Position numbers and translations under genes: made by a program
Part shown: in pieces, positions 1 to 13,156 of the stretch
How positions within the stretch are numbered: position 1 is the stretch's first letter
Layout of the letters: every line of letters starts with the position of its first letter
NCBI GenBank assembly: GCA_002189035.1
Contig: NEEC01000007.1
Span: 2,852,001-2,916,000 of the forward strand
Direction: 5' to 3'
Origin: Utricularia gibba
Lineage: Eukaryota; Plantae; Magnoliophyta
Length of the DNA: 64,000 bases
Notes under the pieces: model-generated
Database searches by the model: none
Seen by the model: the letters and a program-made list of their open reading frames with translations, nothing else
Told to the model about the DNA's origin: nothing

Positions 1-2612
1 CAAAAAGTAAATCATTCATCCTAGTATTTCTTTAGTTCAATTATGTTAAATTTCGGAGTTCTCGCAAAATCCAAAGCATTCGTATTGCTAAGATTGCACC
101 CAAGTAGTGTCACACGAGCAAACGACACATATGTTATACTTTTGGATTCGATCATTATATCTTCCAAATCATTTTGATTTACAATATTTATATTACATTA
201 TTTTGAAGCTCTTTTTAAATCCATCACGTTGGATGACCTTCTACTCAAAAAGTGACTATATGGCAAGCAATTGGCAAAGGCATCTGAGCCATTGATATGA
301 ATTAAACGTTATGATTCTAGATCTCTAGATTAATGTAGAAGACACATATGGTTCTCACAAAATATAATATTAATAAATAGATCAGCATGCCATATTTTGG
401 TTCCCATGTTATCGTGTAATGCAGATGGTAGGCAGTGGTACATTGCTACTTATATAATTGTAATCAATGGTATCACATGAACAACGGACAAAAAAAAGGA
501 TGCAGTACGAATACTTCTCACAATCATCTATTTTAATATTATTCTCTCACAAACATGTTTAGTTTTGAAGTTTTGATGGGATATAATGCATTGACACTGG
601 TATCATCGCATATGAGTGGTTATTAAATGTCATTTTTTAATATATTTTACTATATATTTTTAAGTGTTAATATAGGATTAAATTATCCAATAGAAATTAA
701 ATTAAGTGCTATTAGATATTTATTAAAAAATATAATTATCTTATTATTATTATTATTTTCATTATATATTTTATATTATTATATATAAATGTAAGATCAT
801 CAACAGGTGAAATGTGACACAGGTTTACAAACAAAAAAAATGGCCGAAACGTGACTTCTACTAAAGCTGCAATTATGGTGGGATTAAATAATGATACTAT
901 CCATGGCCCATGTATGAAGATGCATGGGAAATAAACGGAGGGGAAAAGGAGAATGTTTTCACACTTTAACTTTATCATGAATTTTGTTCTTACTGTCTAC
1001 CATAAAAAAAGAAGATGACCTGTAATTTCTATTTTTGCTTTTTATTTGTAATGACCATTGATAGCTGTTTTTAATTTCTAAAATTGATGAAGTTTCTTTC
1101 AATGTTTTTAGCATATTTTCTTTATTATTCATTGTATTTCTTATATATTTTGCATATTTTCACATGTATTATTACAATTCTTATGTACCTCTTAATCATG
1201 GTCTATAAATAGTTAACTACTATTCTTAAATTATATCACATTCTATCCTTCTAAGTTGGGGAGAGATAATGAATTATCTATGATCAAAATATTTCATTAA
1301 TTAATGAATACTGACCTCATAAGCAAGGTTATGTAGAAAATTCAATTTTGAGAGCAATCAATAATAATTTTCTTGTTTTCTTAATCATCTAAAAGAAAAT
1401 AATATAAAGTTATTTTTGTACCTCTTTACAAAAGAGTGTAATAAAATATATGATATTTCTTATTTCTATAACTAATTATTATGAAGAAATTTGAGGCAAT
1501 GAGAGATAAATAAGAAAACAAATTCTTAGTCAATTATTTAAATGTTATTTTCTATTTTAAACATTTTCAATCCCTCTTACATAACTTGTATTTTGTAATA
1601 GGTTAACATATAACATTTTTTTTATAGAAACTTAGTTCCCAATGATTGACACATTAATATATTAAATATGTTTTATGTTTTACTAATTAAAATTTATTGA
1701 GTAAACGACGCACATCAATGATATCAAATGAGTGAAAAATACATATATTGCACCCTTCAATACAAATACCATAGAATGAAAATTGTTGGGTTTATGACAA
1801 GATTATTCATTTGGGCCAATGAATAATCATGTCCAACTATAAGCTAAGCTAGGGAGCTTAACGTAATTTTAATTTTTAAGGTTCATTATCATTTTGCATA
1901 AAACAAGAAAAAGTTCAAGTTTATAGCCAATGGATTCCGTATTCTCTTGGATCACATCATAATCCTTCATTTGATATGATCTCATCCATTTTAGTAGATA
2001 TGAAATCAACAAGCACAAATATCATGATATAGTGTTCAATAATTTGATTATCTTATCTTTGTAAAATTTTTCTATCTATTTAATTTATTTTTACTATGTT
2101 TATCTTATAATTGAACTATTGAATGGGTGTAACTAATTGTATCTATTGATTTAGTTATAGTGATTTGTTTTCTTACTATCATAGAAATTACTTCAGTTTT
2201 CTTATTTTTTGGATGAACAATATATGTGACTATAATAATTTATTTTGAAAACTTCTTAACCACAGTATAGCATTGAATTTTATAATATTTATTGCATTAT
2301 TGACAACTTGAATATAAAAAATATATATAATTCATAACCAAATTAAAATAGCATACATATATGGTTCAAATTATATCTAATTGTAGTCCGCCAGCCATCC
2401 AAGTGATTAATAAATAATTTTAATTAAAAATTTTTAGAAAAAAGAAAAAGAGTGATGGCTGGATTTGATTGGAAATTTAATAATTATTAATCACAAAGAA
2501 TATCTTGAATAGTTATATCGAAATACCCGAAACAATATAAAATACTAAAAATCATTAATCGTGATTTGACGATGTCATTACCATAGAAACTGTCGTGTAA
2601 AAAGGAAGTTGC

Positions 2613-2645
2613 TTGACTTCAAAGTTCATATGTACAAGTTTGACC
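2613..2645 (+). promoter_or_regulatory. Two W-boxes upstream of the ankyrin gene
   Basis: TTGACT at 2613-2618 and TTGACC at 2640-2645, about 70-100 bp upstream of ATG 2714. WRKY sites would fit a defence-type ankyrin-TM gene. Confidence 0.4.
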
Positions 2646-2713
2646 ACTTGTCCGATTTCATTTTGGATGTATGAAATTGAATTCCATTTTCAATACACTC
2701 TCTCCCGAGAGCA

Positions 2714-4012
2714 ATGGAGAAGATCATCTTCGACGCTGTGGCAACGGGGAACTTGCTAGTTCTTCAAGGATTGCTCCAGGAGGACTCATTGCTGCTCGAG
2801 AGAGCTGTGTATTCATTTCACGGCAGGAGCCTCCTACATGTAGCAGCTGATCACGGCCATCTCGACATCGTTAAGGATATCGTTGGCCGGAATGCTGGGC
2901 TCGCCGAATTACCGGACCTGCAGGGATCGACCCCGCTGCATTTAGCGTCGTCAAGAGGCGATCTTCGCGTAGTCGAGGTATTGTCATCAGCGGCTCCTGA
3001 TGCATGCTTCTGGCGAGACAACCAGGGGAGGAATCCTGTACATGTTGCAGCGCTGAAGGGCAGGTTGGATGTTGTGAGAACTCTGGTGAAGAAATCCCCG
3101 ATCGCAGCACGGGAGACGACGAATCGCAACGAGACGGTGTTGCATTTATGTGTGAAGTACTCTCAGTTTGAGGTACTGAGGTATCTTGTTAGTGAGAAGG
3201 ATGCTGTTGATGATGGCGATGATGAGGGGAACGGGATACTGCACTTGGCTGTTAAGTATCAACAAATTGAGGTAAATGAGAGGCTTCCCTGACACCAATG
3301 GTGTATCATGTTCACTGTAAACTTACTGTTTCTTCTGATACAGATTATCAGATACCTAGTTGAAAGGACTGTTATTGACAAAAACATGAAGAACTTTAAG
3401 GGAAAGACTCCATCCGACTTGGCGCAATCATCCGAAATCCGGAAAATCTTCGATGAGACACCCTCTTTATCATCAGAGTCGAAGATCTGGATACACAATA
3501 GCCGCGAGATAATCATGGTAGTGGCTGTACTGATATCCACCATGGCTTTTCAAGCCGTGATCACCCCACCGGGTGGCGTGTGGCAAGATAACAAGATTCT
3601 GAACGATCCGGGAAGAAGCCCACGTCGGATCGGAGAGCCGGTGATGGTTTCTGCAAATCCAGTGCTGTTCAAGCAGTTCATCATCAACAACATCATAGCC
3701 TTCTTCTCGTCCCTTGCCGTAATCGTCCTCCTAATCAGCGGTCTGTGCAGCAGATGGAAGATCTTCAGATGGGTGCTGATCCTGATGATGTGGCTGTCGG
3801 TGGCGAACATCGCGGGGACCTTCGCCATCTGCATCAAGGCGATGAGCCCGGAATGGGAGAAGGAGCTCATCGGAGCTAACGTTGTGCTTGGAAGCTTCTT
3901 TTGGCTGGGTGTTCTGGTCACACTTTTCCACTTAGTAAATCATCGTTTAATGTTTGCGTGGCTCAAAAATGTCGGAGTTGTTGGCGTGGGGACCAAGTCA
4001 TTGCCTCGTTGA
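2714..4012 (+). CDS. Ankyrin-repeat protein with C-terminal PGG transmembrane domain (ACD6/BDA1-like)
   Basis: Exons 2714-3271 and 3344-4012 with an in-frame 72-bp GT-AG intron. Repeated TPLHLA/SLLHVAA/TVLHLC ankyrin motifs; 'MVVAVLISTMAFQAVITPPGGVWQD' PGG motif followed by hydrophobic helices. Confidence 0.92.
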
Positions 4013-5368
4013 TAAATGGCGTCACATGCATTATTGGTGAAAATACCAAAATGACATATAGCTCAGCTTTAATCATTTATTCCAATTTGGAATAAATTTT
4101 TAATTATATTTATTAAATGAGAAATAAAAATTCTTAAATTGAATTTCAAAATTGCGCACGTAATCTTTTCGCGAGTTAATTGCACCCACCAACCAAGTTT
4201 GACACAACAGCATAACATTGATTGCACGTCACCGATACACATCCAATTTGATTTTTAATATTTGGATAATTATTATTTCAAACCATTTCGGTCATGTTTC
4301 CAGCTGGAAAAATGGGAAATTGGTTTACAGTAAATATTACGCATGCTTTTTTAAATTGACCACTATACCCCTAAATTAAATAACTGCGATTAAAATATGA
4401 AATTCTCGGGATCTTCAAACTCGTTTAGAATGAAGTTTTAATTTATTCGACACAATTGTAAATGATGTTAATTTATATAAAATGAGAGATTTTTAACAAA
4501 TTAAATTAATCTTATAGAGAGTATTATTTAACAAATAATTAATCATCATATTTGATAATAAATATTTATAATTATATTAATATAAAATATTATTAAATTT
4601 CTATGATTAAATAATTTTTTTAATATAAATTCTCTCGTTGTCTTAGATATTTTTCTTTCCTAATGCTGTCAACATTTTGTCTCAACTATATGACATATAC
4701 AAAAAAAATTAGGTCGGTGAACACTAATTTCAACATTTCTACGTGTTGACGATCTTTTTGACCGAGGTTATAGCAACGATCCTCCAATCATGTTTTAAAT
4801 CATTAAAAAAACCCGTTAATCATTTGTAAAAATTATTCAGGTTTGAGAGGTTCAATTTAAGTTCAAATAGTGATTAAATCGTCATTTTTCTTCATGACTT
4901 ACATCCTCATTGTATGATATTTTTTATTATAAACATTTAATTCTTAAGGTTTCATATTTTTCTTTTCTGTAGAAAAAAACATCATACAATATTAAAAATA
5001 TTTCTTTATTTAAACACGTCTTTTTTTCATCTATAATTAGCATGAAATAATATTATCAAGCCTTAGGATAATGATATTTTAAATTTAAATTCTATCTATT
5101 AGTTTAGTTACTTATGACTTTCAAAATGTTTTAAATTTAATTATCTTTTGATAAATAAATTTTTATTATACGGATCCACATAATTTTGTAAATTTTTGCA
5201 ATCGATTCTATATATCCTAAATCTGAACATCTGACTTTGTGCATCACAACATGGCATGCCATTCGCAGGTTGACGTGTTAGGCAATACTTTTTGTTGTTG
5301 TTAATTTAAAAAAAATGAACGGAAAATAAGGGGTTGCATTTCTCAAAATATGGGGAAAAAAAGGAAAA

Positions 5369-5520
5369 TGGGCCCGGGTTATGTGGACAAGAACCGTTTG
5401 GGCCAACGTGGAGAGCTCCATTTGGCCCAATTTCATGCAGATATGGATACGGCGCCGTTTCGTGAACATGAGAACGAAGAATTCCGCGGAATAAGACAGT
5501 GGGCAGGGCCTCAACCCTAG
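5369..5520 (+). promoter_or_regulatory. Site II (TGGGCC) cluster and telo-box-like motif in the eIF4A promoter
   Basis: TGGGCC at 5369 and 5399, GGCCCA at 5424, AACCCTAG at 5513-5520. This is typical of translation-machinery promoters. Confidence 0.5.
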
Positions 5521-6114
5521 CCGCTGAAAGTGCTTAGCAAATATCCGTAACTCTCTCTTCAACTCCGCGGCGTAGATCCGGGGAGTCGTGGCAAAACTTC
5601 ATTTCGGAAGCTTTCTCGTCGATTGCTTCCTCATTTTACTACATTCTTCAACAAGATCTTTCTCTCGGTTTGTGCTTTTATCTGGTTTGTCGAATCCTCA
5701 TTTCTCCTGATGTGCCTGCATCTGTCTGTTGATGTTTGATCGGCCAATCGTAATGGGTTTCTTTTTTTCAAGATCTTTTCGTTAATCGAATCGTGATACC
5801 GCTTCCTTTCGTAATCATGTCGGTCTTTTTTCAGTTTGAGCGCCTGAGGCGTCTTTTCTTTGCTTAGGAAAGTATGTTTGCTTTCGTTGTTCTACGTTTG
5901 TATGCCCTCTCCTTGTGTAATTGCTACATGGAGTGAGATGAAATCCATAATGTTTTAGTGATATTATTTGAAATACTATTTCACTGGAATAACCACAGTA
6001 GTTATCACGCTTGTTTTTATGTTCTGTAGTTAGAAGGGGCGAACTTTTTTTTTTCTCCGTGGAATTGGATACTTTGCTAGTGTATTTGTATTAATATATG
6101 ATACTTTTTCAGTC

Positions 6115-7682
6115 ATGGCTGGACTGGCACCGGAAGGCTCCCAATTTGATGCTCGGCAGTTTGATGCGAAAATGAATGAATTGTTAGTTACTTTCTGTTA
6201 TGGCCGTAAGCAAGCTTGGCCACATACGGCAGGTGTTTGTTGTTGATCTGAATTTTTAAATTTTTACTGTAGACTCGGCAGCGATGCAGATGATTTTTTT
6301 ACAAGTTATGATGAGGTTTATGATAGTTTTGATGCAATGGGTCTGCAAGAAAACCTTCTCAGGGGAATTTATGCTTACGGTACATCAATCTGCATCTATT
6401 CTTACAATTACGGTTACTGCTTGACCACCATTTCTATATTTGATAGCCAACATTTGATCTTTGAAAACTATTTTGGTAAGGTTTTGAGAAGCCTTCTGCA
6501 ATTCAGCAGAGAGGTATTGTGCCCTTCTGCAAGGGCCTTGATGTGATTCAGCAGGCTCAATCTGGAACTGGGAAGACTGCAACGTTTTGTTCTGGAATTT
6601 TACAGCAGCTGGACTATAGTCTTGTGGAGTGCCAGGCGTTGGTTTTGGCCCCTACTCGTGAGCTCGCCCAACAGATCGAGAAGGTCATGCGTGCTCTTGG
6701 TGATTACCTTGGTGTCAAAGTCCATGCGTGTGTTGGAGGAACTAGTGTTCGTGAAGATCAGCGCATTCTTTCAAGCGGTGTTCATGTTGTTGTTGGTACC
6801 CCCGGTCGTGTTTTTGACATGTTGAGAAGGCAATCACTGCGTCCAGATTACATTAAGATGTTTGTGTTGGATGAGGCTGACGAAATGCTCTCCAGGGGTT
6901 TCAAGGACCAGGTAAATATGTTTCATTAATTTTTCCTTTGTGCTGGTGTGTCTCCCATGCATCAAGCTTCAACTAATTCGTATTTGGCCTCGGAACTGAT
7001 TGTATCTCTTGGATGATTAATGTTTTTCTTTATTTTTTTGTCTCAGATCTATGATATCTTCCAGTTGTTGCCACCGAAGATCCAAGTTGGTGTGTTTTCT
7101 GCAACTATGCCACCTGAGGCGCTTGAAATCACCAGGAAATTTATGAATAAGCCTGTCCGCATTCTCGTCAAACGTGATGAGCTGACCCTTGAAGGTATCA
7201 AGCAGTTTTATGTGAATGTTGATCAAGATCAGTGGAAGCTGGAGACCCTGTGCGATCTCTACGAGACTCTGGCGATCACTCAGAGTGTCATCTTTGTGAA
7301 CACCAGGCGCAAGGTGGACTGGCTCACCGACAACATGCGCAGCCGTGACCACACCGTCTCAGCCACTCACGGAGACATGGACCAGAACACCAGAGACATT
7401 ATCATGAGAGAATTCAGATCCGGTTCGTCTCGTGTTCTCATCACAACCGATCTCCTGGCCCGTGGTATCGATGTTCAGCAGGTGTCGCTTGTCATCAACT
7501 ATGATCTTCCCACCCAACCTGAGAACTATCTTCACCGCATTGGAAGAAGTGGAAGGTTTGGAAGGAAGGGCGTGGCAATCAACTTTGTGACCAAGGATGA
7601 CGAGCGCATGCTTTTCGACATCCAAAAGTTCTACAACGTCGTCATTGAAGAGCTTCCAGCCAACGTTGCAGATCTGCTGTGA
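6115..7682 (+). CDS. eIF4A: Eukaryotic initiation factor 4A (DEAD-box RNA helicase)
   Basis: Exons 6115-6182, 6273-6379, 6481-6911 and 7047-7682 splice in frame. [12 protein letters not shown] start; [21 protein letters not shown] and [13 protein letters not shown] motifs. Probable 5'UTR intron about 5668-6112. Confidence 0.97.
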
Positions 7683-7948
7683 TGTATTGGCATTCGGCAC
7701 TTGCTTGTTTTCCAGTAAATCATTGGTTTTTGTTTGGTAATTCCCGGTTCCCATTAGACATCTTTTTGTTTGGGTTTTGTTGTATGTGTCACTTGTTAGA
7801 AATAACTTATTTGCGTGAGCCACTCAGAGACTCCAGTCTTGCCCGCCCTCACATGCCTTGAAATTTAAAGCACAAAGTGCTCAATGAGATCGTGTCCAAC
7901 ACTAATAGCACAGCATCTGGAACAAAAGAAAAGCATACCGAATGAATG

Positions 7949-9417
7949 TCACAGGGATTCTCCTTCTGCTGTATAACCAGCAAGATGATCCATTTCCCAG
8001 CTCTCATGGGGAGCGACATTCCCATCAAAAGGAACATGATTCTGTGCGAAAGGCAGGAATTAGGTGCTGCTCCTGATGAAGAAGATACAGACAGTATTGC
8101 TTTATAGTTGTGCAGATATCAGTTACCTCCATCTTACTGATGAGTTCTTTGGCCGTGGAAGCAGACAGAATGATGTTCCTTGCCCCTGCTTTTATGAAGC
8201 CTTCCTTCACACCATTGTCGAACAATGCCAGTAAAGGGTCGTAGTATCCATCCACATTCAGCAAACCAACCTGTTCGTATCACCAAACATGTGTTGTAAG
8301 TTGAGAGGTCTTGCCAAAGCATGAATAGGCGGAAAGACGCATCACCGGTTTAGTGTGGATTCCAAGCTGTGCCCAAGTTATCATCTCCAGAAGCTCTTCC
8401 ATGGTTCCGTATCCTCCTGAAAGTGGGATTAAATGCACAGTTTTCGCTTGGAAAGCAATAAACTTCTCCATCTGGGAGTGAAGAGTAATGTTTGTACCAG
8501 GAAGAGCGATGAAGGCTTCTGACTCTCGTGCCATTACAGCTTTACGCTCGTGCATGTCTGAAACAATCTTCACATCTCCAACAGCTTCCCCTGATATCTG
8601 TCACATACAAACCATGTGCCCATGGCATATAGCTTAACTATGAAAGAAACACACTGCACAGAAGACCCTTGTGCCCTCAAAGCTGCCATACCCTCAAGTC
8701 TACTGTTTCATACCTCTACCTCCAAATGCAGTAAGATTCACTTGCAGCAGAACATTTCGAGGCAAAAGGTTCAACTATTGCTCACTAATACATACTTTTA
8801 CAACTTCCCAACACATTGTAAATTAAGGGATGAGAAGGATGCAGCAGCTGAGAGACCAAATTTGAAACACTACCAGTAAGTACCTCAACGGGGACTAGAG
8901 CTCGTGGATTACTCTGCATTTGAAGCAAAATAAATCCCATGTAAAGCTATTATCCATAAGCCATGATATTGACAAACTTTATTTAAAGCTGGGCTTGGTC
9001 TAGATCATGGGCGTGAATTTCCAGAATCGAAATACAAATACAGAGATCACTGATCATGAATTATAGATTTTGAACAATCGAGTGAAAAAGAAGGGGACTT
9101 ACCCAAGAACACTGCAGCCTCCGTCATATACTCTCTGTGATATTAGCCCCATTAGTCCAACGCTCCCACCTCCATAAACCAAGTTTATCTTTCTATTCAC
9201 CTGCAAATGAAAGCGATCCCTCCATCAATATACTGTTCACAAAGCTCCGGTACTTATTGCTATCTCATTAGATGATTTTTCACTGAGACAAACAACTAAC
9301 GAGTTCGTTTCCCAAGTCAATAGCAGCATCTCTGAAGACTTCCCTACGGCCTGGATTGCTTCCACAGAAAACGCAGATTCTCTTGAATTTGACACCGCCG
9401 TTCGCTTCGTTTTCCAT
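7949..9417 (-). CDS. LOG: LONELY GUY cytokinin phosphoribohydrolase (LOG8-like); exon 3 is 1 nt short as assembled
   Basis: Seven exons: 9417-9301, 9200-9103, 8913-8884, 8597-8498, 8416-8346, 8270-8127 and 8041-7949. Motifs [31 protein letters not shown] and [10 protein letters not shown]. Confidence 0.93.
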
Positions 9418-12400
9418 TTTCGATTCCTTCTACGCGAACACCCACAAAGAGAGAACTCTGAAAAAATAAAGGGAACACATTCAATATTCTAATCCAATGC
9501 GTCAAAAGGAAAAAGCTGCAAATGTGTGAAGAAAAGAAAACGAAGGCAACATCACAAAAAGAGGCATCAGGGTACTCTTTTTGTCAGATTAATCCCCCGG
9601 AATCAGACACAAAAAAAAAAGAAAAAAAAACATTGTGGGGTCTGAGAAAAAGGGGCGAATGTTACAGGATGAAGTCAAAAGTAACCCAAATGAGAAGCCG
9701 CACTTCACGTTCTGTGAATATTTTATAGCAGGCAGCTCGGAGATGATCAAATGCAACAAAGACAGAGAGACAAGAAGGAGGAATCCTGTTTTACAACTAT
9801 ATTCCGCAAATCATTAAATGAAGAAAAGAAGGAAAATGGTCCCCATGTGTCTTGGTCACTGGTCACACCCCTGTTTTTGAGATCACTCGAGGAAGACAAG
9901 ATCAGGGAATCCAAACCATTCATTGCTAAAAATCTCATCTTTCATCAAAACCAACAATTGGTTTGTCCAAATTTGTAACCGTTACTTCAATGAGCGAACA
10001 AATTTTCCAGCCAAAGTAAAAACAAGTCGAAGATGAACTGGCAAGCCATCGGTCCAATTCAAGGCCACCGTGGCCCTAACGGGGGATGCGAAGACGAAGA
10101 TGAAAAGGAGTGATACTTGCTCCCAGCCAAGGCCAACCATTCCTTCGTTTTCCGATCCCACCGGAAAAGATGACAATCATTCATAACACTGGCGCACAAA
10201 CTCCGAAACACCACCGCTACAACGGCTTCGTTGGTGAGACTGAGCCCATCTGTGATCAGGATGATGGCGCACTTACTTATTCATTTCCGATTCTCCGTGC
10301 GCCGACTCGTCTTTGTTCTTGTGTTGCAGCGGCGAACTTCCACATTTGCAGTTACAGGGAGTCCCTTGACCTAGAAGAAATGCAAGACGTCAGTTAGCAG
10401 TAGCGCATAATGCTCCTCAGTTCTGCCTCCCCCGAGCTCCCCCCAACCAATCACACCCCATCTCTACACCTGCTAGAGGCGTATCCGCATTAATGTGCAT
10501 AAAGACAAGAAAGACAAACTTTCAGCTTCCTGACATCAGTTTAGCAGCAGTTGCCAATTTCATGCCCATTAAAGATAATATTTTTCCATTGAAAAAAAAT
10601 AATATTTTATATTTTAATATTTAGTAAAACATTTATTTCATTATGCATAATTTTATAATAAATTTTTATCAAATACATTATAATATTTATTATTTCATTT
10701 TTTTGTAAACTAAGCGTAACCAAATGTAACTAACAATTATTCTATTACATGTTATGTTCGTTTGGATACACACCCCTCATAATTTTACATTTTCTATACT
10801 CAAGAAAAGGATATCATTCAAAGAATCATTTTATTTAACTAATGTCGTATACTGTGGCCCATACATCATTTTTTTGTCCAAAATAGAAAGATCAAGCCTT
10901 TTTTTTAACCCCACGTCTACTTCCAAAAATATCTACAAAATAATATATATCTCTATAATTATTTATTTATTCGTGTTCCCAAAGTTAAAGGGTCTGGTTG
11001 TCCACTGTACGGCCCCCTTTCCTTTTTGGGCACGCATTCCAGAATGAGTTTGACCACCCAAAACATGTCGTCATTTTTTAAAAAGTCAACCCTCTTCGGA
11101 TGCCTATTAATTGATACTTGCGATTAAATTGTGACCTAAGTGATGTAATAATAAATAATTCCAATAACCTGAAAGAGTAGTACGATTTTAATATTTCCCT
11201 GTTGGGTTCCCCCGTCTGTGTATATGGTTCTCGCCTGCTGCCCGGTCATCGAACACACACGGTGATGAGGCATCTCTCATTCGAGGCATGCTCCCCCTTG
11301 TCGCCCAAGAGACGTGTCCGCGTCGCCAGGGATACTTCCGGTGGATCGGCGACACGGAGCTCCAGGTACAGAGGCGTCACTAGGTAAAGTCATATTGCTT
11401 AACGGAATAATGGCATGGGAAAGTAACCCCTTTTAAGAGGAATCACATCGTGATCTAGGCAATCTCTTGGTGGTGCAGACACAAAGCCACCGGAAGGTAC
11501 GAAGCTCACCTCTGGGACAGGACCGCTTGGAACCCCAGCCGCAGAGTGCGGGGAAAGCAAAGTACACTCCTCCTCCTCACGCTTTATTTTTTCATGGATT
11601 AAAATGATGACATTGATATTGCTTCTTCGACGCCTATTTATTATTCTACTATCATCACTTTCCATGCAATTATATTTTATGTTACTGATTTTTGTTGTTT
11701 GATGATCGCGTCTCCTGGCGACTGATGCGTTCCAAATAACTTAACAACGAAAGTCTATTTAGGTATGTAACTGTTGTTTTTGGATCATTTTTTCTTCTTT
11801 TTACTGATCCGTGTTCTGTGGTTTTGAGATGAGTGATGGCTGTTTCCTGTTTGGGGTCTGTTGTTGTTATGATTGCAGCAAACACTAATGTGGGTTGATG
11901 TGCAGGGCGTATGCCGTTGAGGAAGACGCCGCCCGAGCATACGATCTTGCCGCTCTTAAGCACTGGGGCCGCGCCGCCGTGCTCAATTTCCCGGTAGATA
12001 TCTAGCAGCACACACACACGACTGAAAATGAGATTCTATCAGAGTGATTCATAAGAGACACGGTCACACACCAACCCCAAATTTAAACTTTCTGAATTTC
12101 GACACAACGTCTGAATGAAGGACAGGCCCAAGTGTATGGGAAGGAGATGGAGGAGATGCAGAAGGTGAACAAGGAGGTTTATCTTGCTCACCTGAAACGC
12201 AACAGCAGCGGATTCTCCCGAGGCACTTCCAAGTATCGTGGGGTCACAAGGTGACGGATGATCAATCTCAATGGCGATGTTACCATGAATATGTGTTTGT
12301 ATCTTAAATAGAAGATGATGAATTTCTAGGCATCATAACAGTGCCCGATGGGAGGCTCGAATTGGGCTCCTGCACAGCAAAAAGTATATCTATCTGGGTA

Positions 12401-12766
12401 CTTACGGTATGATGATCCCACTTTTCCATACTTAAAAAAAAATTGTACACAGAATGATTGTTCTTGCACTTGTTTCTCTGATGCAGACACCGAAGAAGAA
12501 GCTGCAGCGGCGTATGATATGGCGGCCATCGAAATCCGAGGTCAAAACGCTGTGACCAACTTCGAGGCCAGCAACTACAACTACACTGAAAAGCTGAAGG
12601 GACCCCATGAAGCGGACACCACTGGCCTTCCGAGCGTATACGAACAAGAACTGCAGGACGACCTCCAGGAGTCATCGGGGAGTAATGCTCTGTTATGTCA
12701 TGAACCCGAGATAAACTCACTAGACGTGAGCATGATGCACGGCTGGGATCCATGCCTCGTTAGCGC

Positions 12767-13156
12767 TGATGTCGAGTGAGGACGAATATGAGATAAACCA
12801 GCAGCAAACTGTGAGAAATGTGGAGGACCCAGAACAGGAAAATACGAATGTGTTGAGAGATAACGGGAGGAAGAAGAAGAAGGTCTGTCAGCAACTCGGA
12901 CTGATTATACTGGACAGCAAGATCAGAAGATGGGCCACCAACAAAGATCTTGCTACTCATCCACTTCAAGAAAATGGCCCAACATGATGATATGGCCCAA
13001 CGTGCTGAAGTCAATATTGTTGGAAGTCGTAGTGAGCAACGGCTAATCCCTAGAAGTAGGCGACCGTTGCTAAAGAACTATAAATATGTGTACTCTTGCA
13101 TAACATTAAAATATATCTGTTCTACAACCCTCACACATCGATATAAACTGCTATCA
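12767..13156 (+). repeat. 5' LTR (390 bp)
   Basis: TGATGTCGAG...CTGCTATCA; no difference from the 3' LTR by eye; TATAAAT at 13079-13085. Confidence 0.97.

Noticed and set aside
2389-2462. CCAGCCATC / GATGGCTGG inverted repeat as a MITE
   Set aside because: Only 9 bp with a short AT spacer and no TSD.
5668-6112. Intronic snoRNA in eIF4A, RPS11 or zinc-finger gene introns
   Set aside because: No convincing C (RTGATGA) and D (CTGA) box pair with a terminal stem found by eye.
6385-7823. Antisense and off-frame ORFs over eIF4A, MYB, NYN, F-box and TMEM135
   Set aside because: They overlap well-supported genes and have no independent homology signal.
12769-12987. 72-aa ORF as an independent host gene
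   Set aside because: It lies wholly inside the LTR and is repeated at the 3' LTR; treated as part of the element.
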